From Paraspadella gotoi (lineage: Eukaryota; Animalia; Chaetognatha), in contig CM119267.1 in assembly GCA_051294375.1 (NCBI GenBank), positions 15,292,105 to 15,356,104 on the forward strand: DNA of 64,000 nucleotides. The letters run 5' to 3'. A program made the translations under genes and the position numbers. The first letter of the stretch is position 1, and each line of letters begins with the position of its first letter. Below are positions 25,134 to 37,632 of this stretch, piece by piece. Under the pieces are notes generated by a model. That model was not told the origin of the DNA. It saw only the letters and a program-made list of their open reading frames with translations, and did no database searches.

Positions 25134-27162
25134 AAAACTTTCGTTTTCGCTAAACTAAAAAAAAAAACAACGAAAAGAGAGAAATCACACACAATGTCTA
25201 CAATACAATTTAAAAATAAGTAAAAAATAAAACAAATAATTTTGCAATATTCAGAGAAACGGAAGTGGAACCACCTCCGAATTCATAAAAAAAAAGAATA
25301 AAAAAAAAATAAATAGGGAGGCAGGGAAAACTTACGTAAAGAGAAAAGGGAAAGAGAGGCTTTAAAGTCGTACCCAGGTTACGTCATCCAATCATGGTAA
25401 AAGGCATTGCTTCGAGTTGTAATGGTCCATTATTTTAAAATTGATGGCTAGGCTTGCTGGTTGCCTTTTTCGCCTCTCTCTTCTCTGCGTGCTCTCTCTC
25501 CTCTCTCTCTCTCACTCTCTCCATCTCGATCTCTGCGTCTCTGCTCGCTCTCGTCTCTGCTCTCTTCCTCTCTCTCTGCTCTTAAATTCTTCCGCGCGAA
25601 CTAGAAGTCGAAGAAAAAACCCTTTTGTTTTTTTTTTGTCATGGGCATATAAAAAAAAGGAGGCGTTGGTGGGTTCTGCTTCTGGGTATTTTACAATTGC
25701 GATCAATTCTATATTCATAGAGCGTTGGATTCGCTTTTGGTCGTGGAGGAGGCGGAGAAACAACAACAACATCGACGCCATCAACTGGTACAACAAAGAT
25801 GCCGAGTTTCGTATTATCTCGAGCTCGTTGGCCAAGTATTTGGCCAAGTATTTATTCAATTTCAAATCCAGTTTGTCTGTATTAACTCCTAGAGACTGAA
25901 CCGACTTGAGTCACTATAGACTCCAGTTTTATTTGTTTGTTTATCTCTTCGTTTATTTTTTTCCCCGATCGTTTTGTTTATTTGCCCGGAACTCGAGGAG
26001 GGCAACGGTTCCGTTTTCGAGCTCAAAATCCCCGAGAGAGTCGGGCGACCAGAACGGCGCCCTTTCTCCCCTTCGACAAAAACATTCTCTCGGTTTTTTT
26101 GGTGGGGGGGGGGGGAAACGCCCACCGGCCGACCGACGGACGGACCGACGGACGGACCGACCACAAAAGGACTCGTTGGAAACCCAAATTCCCGAGCGAT
26201 TAAAGGGGAGTCGCCGAGTCTTTTCAGTTTGGTAGCTTCATTGTCGGAATCGAGTTTTGAAGCGATGACTGTTCGATCTGACGATCGCTGAGGCGATAGT
26301 CGAAGAGAGTCGACAGCAGAGTTGACGCTTTCTTCGCTGCAATCGTCGTAATCGCCGTGGTATTCCTCGTAGCAATCGCTGCCGCAATCGTCGTAGCATT
26401 CGTCGTAGCAATCGTCGTAGCAATCGTAGCGATCGTCCTAGCTATCGTCACCACATAATTCACTTCTGAGCGTGAACGAAGTTCGCATTCGAGTCAGGAA
26501 ATCTTTTCATCAGCTTTTTTGTACCTCTCTCTCTCTNNNNNNNNNNCTCTCTCTTTCCATTTCACTCTTCCTTTCACGCCTTCTCTCTCACCATTCCTTT
26601 TCGATTTCATCTTGACATCTGCTCTCTTTGACTAAAAAAAAAAATTCATTGAAATCCTTTTTCTCGCACCTTTTCGAAGTCCGTCCTTCTATTTTTTCCT
26701 TTTTTCTCTCTTTGTTTTTCTGTTTTTGTTTGTTTTCTTTTTGTTTTTTGTTTTTCATATTTTTAATCTTTCTTTTCCGTCTTAAAATTCATGTCCATCG
26801 AAATTATTCAAAACTAACTCTATTGCTAGTGGCATTACGACTGTTTCAGTCGCTCAGCGTTATCTTCCGGACGAAACACTGACCAAAATATATCTCGTAT
26901 TGATAAATGGTCGTAAAACTTACTTATACGTATTTTGCAAGAGGGGTTATTGCTATCGGGATATCGTCAAATACTTACATTGCGCATGACGGTTTCGCTT
27001 GTGAAAGTAATTGACATAACAATAGAGTGAATGCTTAGTCGGCCCACAACAAAGCAAGACGGAAAAATATTCATAGACACTCATAGATCTTGACAATATA
27101 ACAAACAATATATAACTTTCCAGAAGACACTCGCCATTGTCCATCCTGTCTCCCGTCGTCAC

Positions 27163-27273
27163 CTGGTCTATGGATTCCAAGGAATTGCTCTGCACGAGCG
27201 GATCGTCGCTCGCCGCCAGCGACGCCTTCCGCGCCTCAAACAATTTGGCCACTAGGGCCGAGAGATTCGTCAC
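27163..27273 (-). CDS. FReD / angiopoietin-like protein, coiled-coil/linker exon (3' boundary uncertain)
   Basis: TTTTTCGTTTCCAG| VTNLSALVAKLFEARKASLAASDDPLVQSNSLESIDQ CAG|GTGACG is phase 0/0 and fits both neighbours. An alternative GC donor ATG|GCGAGT lies at 27135/27134. Confidence 0.7.
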
Positions 27274-28526
27274 CTGGAAACGAAAAATAAACAGACGTCG
27301 TGAGAGGGCGACGGAGCGAGGAACGGGGGCGGGAGAATTAGAGATTTAGGGTTGTTGACATTGTTTCGTGACACGAGAAGATTATTACGTTCTGTCTGCT
27401 TGCATTTTAGTTTATGGTTGCTGCTTGGTTTGAAATGCATTTTCGCACAACTTGTTTCTCATTTTCTCTCTTTTTTTCGTAGTCTTCTTTTAATGTTTTT
27501 ATTTTTTATCTTTCATTTTTTTCCCAAAACTGAAGGCGTGAAAAAGACAAAGAAGAAGGTCGTAACTTCCAAAATTGAATTTTTGATTAATATTTTCCCT
27601 CCATATTTTTACGCTGTTTATTCTATTTTTTTTATTTGCGGGACTTCCCAAGTTTTCAAGTCAACTAAAAGAATTTAGTCGATATAAAAGTGTAAACGTA
27701 ATATCATTTCGCATGTCTTTTAATTTCTTATTTTTAGACTTTTCATTATACAAAAGACACTCCTCCGCACTTTACTTGCTAATGTGTTGCGTCTTACAGA
27801 TCGCGCCCTTACAATCTACAATTTGTTTAAATTAAATTAAATTAAATTAAATAGAATTCCACATCAGACATCGCACAACTCAAAACACTCCTACACGTTT
27901 TTACAGTCCTACACGTTTCTGCAGTAGTAGTCTGCACCCCAGCAAGACCCGGATGCGTATCTCGTCTTTGGATACTTGGATAGGGTCACGTGACACAAAC
28001 GAATATTTGTTAATCGGGAAACAATAGACGTAATCTTCACACTGTCCTCTCTTTTTTTTTCTCTTCTTTTCTCCTTTCTTATCTTTACCTAAAATACTTT
28101 ATGCTGTCTTCTCACCGCTCGTTTTCCTTTCTTTTCAAGGAATACAATAAATAATTTTTAAAAATATTTTCTTTTCTTCAAATATGAAAGATTTTTATCG
28201 AAAACAAAGGACTTCATATTTTCCGTCAATAAATAAAAACGTGATGAAAAAACCTCGCGATTTTTTATCAACTTTTTTTTTCTCTTTATTGATTTTCGAA
28301 TTGAAATTGGTTTTATTTTCGCGATTTCTCTTTCACATTTTTCCCTCGACGAGGGTAAGGAGTACCTTACCTTACCTTACCCGCCCCATCGTGGCACCGC
28401 CTCAATCACCCTCTCACGAATCTTTTGTTTCTACGTTTTATTTCTCCTTTTCTTCTCTCCCTCCCCTTCACTACCCCCTCATCCGGCGCCTCAGCCTCGT
28501 TTTCGTTTTTATTCGAGTTTGTTTAC

Positions 28527-28605
28527 CTTAACTTTGACGCCTTTGAGATCCGTTTTGGTCACCTCGTTTTCCGTCTTCTGCTTCTGAATGTTGTCTTTCA
28601 AGTAT
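28527..28605 (-). CDS. FReD / angiopoietin-like protein, coiled-coil exon
   Basis: Long pyrimidine tract TTTCCTTTCCTCTTTCCTCAG| (K)YLKDNIQKQKTENEVTKTDLKGVKVK AAG|GTAAAC. 79 nt, and phases 2/0 bridge the 59252 and 27273 exons exactly. Confidence 0.75.
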
Positions 28606-28935
28606 CTGAGGAAAGAGGAAAGGAAAGGGGAAGGGCGGGAAGGGAAGGAACATTGGATAAAGATTCAATTTGGATAATTTTCTTTTTTGTGTGTCTTTTT
28701 TTTTCTCTACTTTTCCGATTCTTTTTAATCTTTTCCTTTCAATTTTCTTGTTCTGTCAGAGTGGTGTCAGTCAGTGTGATAAAACCGCCTCAACGCCGCT
28801 GTCTCTCAATCTATCCCAATTTCTTTAACGCCCCTCCGCAATCGTGTAATTTATCGGGTAGGATTCCGTATCTCACCGTTTCAGTGGCAAGAGACAGCCA
28901 CTGAAGCCCCTAACATCATAGGCGTTACCTTTCCC

Positions 28936-29183
28936 TATGGCATCTGCCTGTGATGCTCATTGGGATGGAGCATCTCACTGTTGGCTTTGGGGGCTTCCGA
29001 CCCTTAGTGACGCCATCTGTCACTAGCGCGGTTACCCGAGGACGGTCTCGCTTTGCCAACGCAAAGGCAAGTCGTTAGGACTGTGGATGGAACGCAACGT
29101 TTGGGATGGTGCGTTACCCCTGTGAGCCAATGGAAATGGCTGAGTGAAGCAGGAGGTAATGCGGCGTGAATAAACCGTCGCAT
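28936..29183. repeat. multi-hairpin dispersed repeat, copy 1 (candidate structured-RNA retroposon)
   Basis: Collinear with 51481-51711 (GCCTGTGATGC...GGGGCTTCCGACCC...GCGCGGTTACCC...AGGACGGTCTCGCTTTGCCAACGCA...TTGGGATGGTGCGTT...GAGCCAATG). Forms a chain of stem-loops. Confidence 0.85.
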
Positions 29184-29644
29184 CGCAATCTTTAATCGCC
29201 TCTTGTTTGGTCTTGATTGGTCTTAATTTGCAACCTCATAAAAGACTAACGTCTAACCCTTATATTGCGAGGGAATTTAGACTTTAAGCTTATTCATCTA
29301 GATGGTTATTTCTCTCAACAACCCACCTTCTTTCGCTACCCACACCGACCCACCTTCTCTAGCCCCTCAGGCCCCACCCCTCAGTCTCTTTGTCCTTTTC
29401 ATTAGAGGCGGTTTGTTCTCCTCAGTCAGAACCAAACCGCTCCATTGACTTTGACGGCCTCAGAGACTAATTCTATTTCCGGTCAAAACGAGATGGCACG
29501 GGATGGTATGTACGCGATGGCGTCGGGACGGCACTCTGTCGAAAACGTGAAGAGGCGACAGACGGAACGGATCTGGCGATGGCATCTGGATGAAAACGCC
29601 AGATCAACAGGGCAGAATGACACTCCTGAATGACACAGAAAGTG

Positions 29645-29951
29645 GGGCACTATTTTCCCATCTGTACCTAATTTAATTTAATTTAAACTATAATATCTAA
29701 CCTTAATCTATTTTTAAATATTTAATCTAAAACTAACTTAATCCCTAAACTTGATCCTTAATTTCAATTCCAAATCTATAATCCATAACCAAAATCACTG
29801 TCCTTAACTTAACTCTAAACCCTAATCCCTAACTCTAATCCTAAACCAAAACTCCAACCTAATCACTAACCGTAATCCCTAACATAATCCTTTAATTAAC
29901 GCCTAACTTAATCCTAAAACCTAAAATAGGGCGTTTTTGGAAAATACGACC
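29645..29951. mobile_element. HINE/DINE-like element with degenerate (CCTAAC/CCTAAT)n core, copy 2
   Basis: GGGCACTATTTT...CCATCTGTACCTA...array...AAAATAGGGCGTTTTTGGAAAATACGACC. Shares both ends with 6485-6741. Confidence 0.55.
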
Positions 29952-31892
29952 GACAGTGGCATTCCTAGTATCTCAATACGGTTGAAATCGGAGATGGCAA
30001 CGCCATGGAACGGCGATGGAATCCCGATTGGATTGAACCGAAAGTCTCCTTAATCTCTGACCTTTTTTTTCGATCTTTCGCCCTGAAATCCTCGCCACGT
30101 GATTGAGGCCGGGACGTCGGGACGTGGAGATGTTGTGGATTGTGATGGCGGGAGAGCGATCGAAAGGTGGAGTGAAAGATATGGAGACTTTCACCTCACT
30201 TTTTTTTTTCTTTCGAAAATTGGAAAAAGTTCGATTTAATTTCGAGGAAACAAAAAACGCGGCTCAATATCAACCCTCAACCACTCAATCACTCAGTCAC
30301 TCAGTCACTCAGTCACTCAGTCACTTATCCACTCGCCCATTCACTCGCCCACTCGTTCAATCCGTATTTTGTAAGTTTCGTTTGTACTAATTACATTAAT
30401 ATTATTATTCAATCGGACAAAGTCTGGGGCAAGATATCTTGATGAACGAATGGCTAACTTTTAGATTGGTTGTACCAATTTCATTAATATAGCGCAAGCA
30501 TGAAATCCCGTTTATCGTCTAGATTCATGCAGCAATTGCATCGATATCTAAAGCCGAAACAACTCACCGAGACTCAGCCCGACCTCAGCTGCAGCCACCT
30601 CCTACTTTTTCACTTTCCTGCGCCACAAGAAAAAAAAATGGAGTTTATAATTTTTTCGTCGTTTGATTCTCATTTTTCGCGAATGGATGAAAAAAAATGA
30701 TGAGCGAGAAAAAAGGGAGAATTTGATGGAAAAGGGGAGAAAAAAAAAAGGATAAAAGAAAGTAACAGTTTGGAAAAATGGGGAAAAACATGAGAAATTT
30801 TTTTACGATGGAAACTGAGGAGTCAATCGGGGAAAAAATGGAGGGGAAAAGGAACGAAGAGGGAAAAAAGATTACTACAAATAAATAAGAGAAAAAGAAG
30901 GAAGAAAATTATGAAGGGAAGTTAAAAAATACAAAAGGAAGGTATTAAAAGCTAAATGGGCTAAAGAAAATGAGGTAATAACGACATAAAGACAACCAAT
31001 TAAAATACGGAAAAAGAATAAAAGTACGTCGAAAGTAAAAAAGAGAGAGAGACTAAAAAAGAATATAAAACTAGGAAGGGGAAGAGAAGAAAAAAGAAGG
31101 AAAAAAAAAGAAAAGAAAAAGAAAAAAGGCGGGAAATTCGCGCTTTGAAAGGCGAGAGGCGCTAATGAGTTGGCAACGAGTTTGTGTGTCCCATTCATTC
31201 TGCTCGATGGACGAGTTCGCCCCAGATCCCCACTCACTTGCCCACCACCACCCACAATCCACCGACCCAGGCCACAACGCCTGACCACCCCTCATACAAA
31301 AAAAACCCAACTACCTCCACACTCGATAGTCTCCCTCTCGTCTCTCCCTCACCTCCCCATTTGAAAGTCCGGGCTCGAAACGATCCCTTAATTCCAAACC
31401 TGCAATCTGGCTTTCCATTGGCTGTCTGAACAACGAATTCCTAACGAGTTAAACCAGCTCCATTGGTTCTCCGGTCAATTGATATTTTCCCGTTGCGTTA
31501 TCCTTTCGGGATTTCATAACAACATTTAAAGATAAAACATAGCATAGCAACTACAAGCTTGAACGTTTTAAAACAACTTACTCCATACATTTGACCTTAA
31601 GTTAAGTTTTTAAATATTACAACAATTTGTTGAATAAAACGTATAGAGTAACAACGGTCTAATTGACTTCTCCGCTGTCTCAAAAAGATCATCTCATTAA
31701 CTCTGATAACAACACTCCCACCTTACTAATTTCGAAAACCAACACCCCTACAGTTTTATGGCATCGATATCTCTGCTCCAAATCCATCAAAATCCCTTTC
31801 GAGTTAAAACGAGACGAGATGCTCTTTGAAACCAAACTGCTTCCCGTGTGTACTATATTACCGTATTGTTTCTCTCTCTTCTCATCACTTCA

Positions 31893-31935
<43 letters not shown>

Positions 31936-33333
31936 TCCAGTTTCTCACGCGGGTATCTACTCTCCATTTTTCTCACACCTTTTCTTTTTCCTCGCGCGCA
32001 ATATTTTCTCTCTCGCTCGGCACTTTATTGCATTCAGCTTTTTTATTCCAGAGTCGACAACGACGACGTCAACAGAGACCATTCAGTCCGCCGCCTGATG
32101 ACAATACCTGGCCAAACTCTTTCCTTTATCCGCAAGACCTAGAAACGCGACCAGGACTGTCGCTGCTGCTGCTGCTGCAGCGGCGAGGTCAGCGACGACA
32201 AATTTTTCATTCGATTAATCCTCGTCTTTTTTTTTCGGTGAATCCTTCGTCGTGAATCTAATCCCAATTTTCCCGCCATTTTTTGCGTTAGTTTGTTTGT
32301 CTAAGGTTTTTCACGCCCCTCCTTTCTCCCAACCTTTCACAACATTTTCCTGGTGACGCTTTCTCGTCTTTATTCTATTCCGCACATATGTATTCTATTT
32401 TGATTGTAAATACCGTCTTTGTTTCGTGAAAAATATTCTCTGAATGCTGAACCCAGTTTCATTTGTAACTTCCAGGTCGTTTGTCACAACAAACATATCG
32501 CAGAATCAATTAACGTCTCGAGTTAAATAATCGACTTCCTTGTGCTTCAGCCTGAAGTTCAGGTTTTTTTCTTTTCACGGAGTCAACTTGTAGTCTAATG
32601 ATGGTGGTTCTAAAGAATTTTAGGAAAAAATTGAGCACGAAACATATATATAAAATATAAAACTAAATCAAGTTGTGATATCGACATTCGACAACTATAG
32701 CGGGAGGAATCAGACTCAAGAAAAAAAAAAGGAATGAATCGAGTAACGAATCTCCAGATGATCAGAAGGGCTGATGGGTGAGAGCGAAAGGTGAGTTCGC
32801 CTTCGCCGCCGCTGCCAAAGCAGCCAACGCAGCTGCCGACGCAGCCGCCGACGCCGCCAGCGCAACTGTTTAATGTTTCCGACCCAAACTAGAAAAAACA
32901 TTCGGGGAAAGAAATCCGATGACGATGTTTACAAACTGGGCGGAGGGCGAGGATGGAGGGAGGGTGGTAGGTGGAGGGTGGGGGAGGTGGAGGATGGGGG
33001 AAGAGGAGGTGCCAGGTAGGGAGGAAGAATGAGGAGGTGCGGGAGAAGAGAGCCGATGCTTAAAAAATAGAAGGAAGGAAGATGAGGAATAGAAGGGGAA
33101 AAAAAAGATTGGATTGAGGAAAAGTGTATCGCCGTGGGCGAGATGATTGGGAGGAGTTGATTAGAAAAGATGGGAGGAGATGAGATGAGAAGTTGAGAAG
33201 GATAAGGAGTGAGAGGCGAGGAGTTGAGGAGTTGAGGGGATATGGAAAGAGGATGATTTAAAAGTCGAGGAGACGCTCAGTGCAGGAATGAGGAAGAATT
33301 AGTGAATAAAAAGAGACGAGAAGATTAAAATGA

Positions 33334-33461
33334 GATGAGGTAAAGGGATGAAAGAAAAATATGAGGTAAAGGGATGAAAGAAAAAGATGAGGTAAAGGGA
33401 TGAAAGAAAAAGATGAGGTAAAGGGATGAAAAGAAAAAGATGAGGTAAAGGGATGAAAGAA
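33334..33461. repeat. minisatellite, ~25 bp unit GATGAGGTAAAGGGATGAAAGAAAAA x5
   Basis: Five near-identical tandem units are visible. Confidence 0.9.
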
Positions 33462-33592
33462 AGACGACTATATTTGAAAACAAACGGATGAAGTGGGAGG
33501 GAGAGGGGAAGGGAAGAGGGGAAGGGAAGAGGGGAAGGGAAGAGGGAAGGGAGAGAAAGAAGAGAGGAGATGCGATCGGCGATTTCGATGTT

Positions 33593-33666
<74 letters not shown>

Positions 33667-33771
33667 GAGTGTCGGGAAGAGAAGATGGCAGCGACAGATA
33701 TTCAAGGCCCGGCTGCTTATTTAGGTAAAACCACAAATATGCAAAGTAAAAAAACATAGTGTGGGTTTTTT

Positions 33772-33852
<81 letters not shown>

Positions 33853-33957
33853 GATGTATTTTGTCAAAAGCAAGAATCCCAGAAATTCGCGGGATGGAAA
33901 TAAATGGATTTCACGGGTGAAGGACTTTGTGAGTTTACGAGGAGACGCCATGTAGGC

Positions 33958-34040
<83 letters not shown>

Positions 34041-35196
34041 CCCTTATTCCATTTCCAATACCATCGCGTGATTTCGTATGAAAATTTCAAGAAAGGTTAT
34101 ATGACATTTTGAATGACATACGTGAAATTAACTGAAAGACTTAAATTCGAAACTCCGATTTTTTGTATCGCCGGGGTTTGGTGGTGTGATGGTTCTATCC
34201 CACCGATGTCTAAAGCTCCTTTGGAATCCGTTACTATCGTCTGTCGCAGGCGTCTGTAATCAATTCCCTTCGACAATAACAAGGCCGACCATCTCTCTCG
34301 ACAGCGACAGATGAAAAATACAAAAAAGAACACTTTTTTTTTCTCTCTTTCTTTTTTATTGTCTTAAATTTGTCATCGAGGACCGCATGAAACTTAATTC
34401 TTAAGTTTTAAGTCTTAAAGAGCTTATTTTTTTCCAAATTTAAGTCGTTAAGCTTTAAGGGGTTCCCGCTGTAGTGAGACGTTTTAAAAAAATGTAAATT
34501 GCAAAAGCAAAGAAGAAAGTGCTCTTAAAAGCTGTTAAGGGAATTCATTGTTCAGCAATGTCTTAAATTTTTTAAACTCGAGTTGGCGTCCGTTGTCTGT
34601 TTTTTAGCCTACCATATCTCGTCGCGTATTCATTGATATTGTCAAGAAGAGTTCCGTCAACTTTCGTGTGACATGCACAGTTGCACACCATTGCACAATG
34701 CACACCAAGCAATGCGTACGCTCTTGAAACCTCCCCCTTCCATCTCTGTTCCGTCCCTCTCCCTCGCTGTAACGCCCATCCGCGCCTGTCGCGCGCCCTC
34801 TATCGGTCGCCGGGGAAATGACGCCGCCGAAATGACGCTCCGACGCTCCGCCGCCATCTCCAAAGTGGATTCTTTTCAGTTTCGATAACAGTCTCTTGTG
34901 TCAACTACTTAACCCGTAAATGGACCATTTCCAAGGCTGAAAATGTGCTGAGAGCCCCGAGCCCGGCCCGGTGCAACGGAGTCTGCCATGTCTCTCACTT
35001 TCTCTCTATCTCTCTCTTTCTCACTCGATTTCTCTCTCTCTTTCTCTCTCGCTCTCTCCCTCCAAGAAGCGTACTTCGTCACGATATCCGAGATACAAAC
35101 ATGATTACGCCCAAATTTTTGGTCTCAGAATTTTTCATCCTTTTCTTTCGACGCGACGTCGGGTTAACGCCATTTTCCTTCGAAGGGGTGTGAGTC

Positions 35197-35236
<40 letters not shown>

Positions 35237-35842
35237 GGTTGTTGTCTTGGTCTTTTTTTGTTCTTTTTCGTCTCTGCACTATTCCACTCTCGCTCCTCGA
35301 TATAGCCTTGACTACGGCACTTTTGGATTTAAAAAATTAAATTGTACGACTCATACAAAATTACGTATCTATTTATTCAAAAGATAATCTGTATCACCTC
35401 CTGACTTCGAACAGGCTTTGGCGGGTTAAGGCTTTCCATTCCTCTAACAAAATTACCAGATTACCAGATTATCTGGCTTCGGGAAATACTAGAGCACGAC
35501 TTCGGAATCCTATCAAAATAAGAGGAGCTTATTACTTTTTAAAGATTACACAAAAAGACCGATAGGCCGTCTCATCTTTTTTCAATCCCCTCCTCACTTT
35601 CTCCTCTCCTCTCTTTCTCCTCTCCTCTCTTTCTCTCCTCATTTTCCCCACCTTTTCACGCCTTACCCTCTCTCACCATCATTACCTCTCTCTCTTTCAA
35701 GTTCTTTCTTCGCCTCATTGCTAAGTGTGATCGCGATAGGGAACGAAAGAGCTCGTTCCTCTCCACTGCGATTTCTCATGATGAAAGATATGAGAGGTGA
35801 CAAATCAGAATCAGACGAGGTGGCATCTTCACGAAGTCGTCT

Positions 35843-35904
<62 letters not shown>

Positions 35905-36404
35905 GAGAGAGGTTCGTGCAATGTCATAAGTCGAGTGAATTAGGAAAGCGTCCATTTTCGTCGACCGATTTAATATCCGATTGTCAGGGACGTTAGTGAC
36001 GCTGCCGACGAATACCGGCTTCGTCCGGCCGACTTTAAGAATGCGGTCCGGTCGAACAATCGTCGTCATCGTCGTCGTCGTCATCGTCGTCATCCGTCTT
36101 CTCTTTCCTCAATTTCGCGGGGCGAATACGAATCGTCTCCTCGCGTCGCCTTTTTTTCTTTTCTATTTTTGCCTTCCTTTTCTTTTCTTTTTCTCTCTCA
36201 ATTTCTTCTCTTTCTTCTCTTTTTTTCTTTTTCTATTTTTTTTCCTTCTTCTCTCTCAATTTCTTCTCTTTCTTCTCTTTTTTCTTTTCTCTTTTTTCTT
36301 TCCTATTTTTTTATTTTTCTCTCTCAATTTCTTCTCTTTTTTTCTCTCTTTGATTCGATTTGTCTCATTTTTGTTTCTCCCCTTCATATGTGGTCGAGGA
36401 CGAC

Positions 36405-36436
<32 letters not shown>

Positions 36437-36604
36437 CGCGTTCTGTGCGCGTGAGTGAGACAATGATGTGACGCCGGGGGATGACGTGCGTTTCACAATC
36501 ACACACAGTTTGGGATCAGGTCGCACGCGGAGGGGCTGGGAAGATACACTTCAGTCTTGTCTCTATATGGAATAGGTGAATAGGTGCAGCATGATTGGGA
36601 CTTG

Positions 36605-36764
36605 ATTTTGTGGAGATGGAGAGAGATAGAGAGAGTTAGAGAGAGATAGAGATAGAGAGATCGTTGAACAAAATTATTTGTATTTTGGTCCGTATCCAAA
36701 CTGCGTTAACTGCGTTATCTTAATTTTGTGAAAGAAGTTCATGGGGAGATGGAGAAAGAGAGAG

Positions 36765-36857
<93 letters not shown>

Positions 36858-36910
36858 TCGTGGAACAAAATTATTTGTATTTCTGTCCGTATCCGAACTG
36901 TGTTATCTGC
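36605..36910. repeat. local tandem duplication of GGAGATGGAG-(AG)n-ATCGTKGAACAAAATTATTTGTATTT...GTCCGTATCC
   Basis: Two diverged copies with the unique part at ~36660-36720 and ~36857-36910. Confidence 0.75.
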
Positions 36911-37377
36911 CAGTTGCCTAGCGACATAGCGATTGTTGCTGTTCCTAATCGCACTCGTTGGAATGCGGCAAAACATCAACAACGACAACAACAACAACAA
37001 AACATCTCATTTACTCGTTCGTCTTTCATCAATCTCACTTTCGCTCGGGAATCACTTCGCTTTGACGCGTTGAAACAGAGATAGCGAGAGGAAATGAAAT
37101 TACGGCGAAGAGCAGAGGAAAAAAAAAACATTTCTCTATTTGATTATGAAATGTAGTACGTTATGTCAATACTTTACTACTTTATATTTAATAAGTCGAT
37201 AATCCCGGTGAGGGCATCTAAGGAGTCGTCGTCCTCATTGTCGTCATCGTCGTTGCTTTTACCTAGAGGGCGATTTTGATCACGAGCGCGTGACGAATAT
37301 TTTTTGAAAACGAAAAAAAAAAAAATTTTTTGCGTCTCCGCCAGAGGTCCTTCCCGACTTCTTCATGACCGAATTCG

Positions 37378-37632
37378 ATTATGAAGACGACGAAGACGAC
37401 GACGAAGACGACGACGAAGACGATGTCGAAGACGATGTCGAAGACGACGACGAAGACTATGAGGACCATGAAGAAGAAGACGATGACGACAAACACGAAT
37501 ACTTCGACAACGACGAAGACGAAAAAAATAACGACGACGACAAAGACCATAATGACAACGACGATGACGAAGCAGACAACGAAGACGACGACGACAATGA
37601 AGACGACGACAACGACGACGACGAAGAAGAAT
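37378..37632. repeat. degenerate (GAC/GAA/AAC)n trinucleotide array
   Basis: GAAGACGACGAC-type units. Similar shorter (GAC)n tracts are scattered on both strands through the window. Confidence 0.8.

Noticed and set aside
26480-26515. CTGATGA on the minus strand as another hammerhead (also CTGATGA at ~40351 and ~55017)
   Set aside because: No stem II followed by GAAA and an NUH site.
29690-29925. Interstitial telomeric repeat (TTAGGG)n
   Set aside because: The array is highly degenerate and is bounded by ends shared with 6485-6741, so it is better explained as the core of a mobile element.
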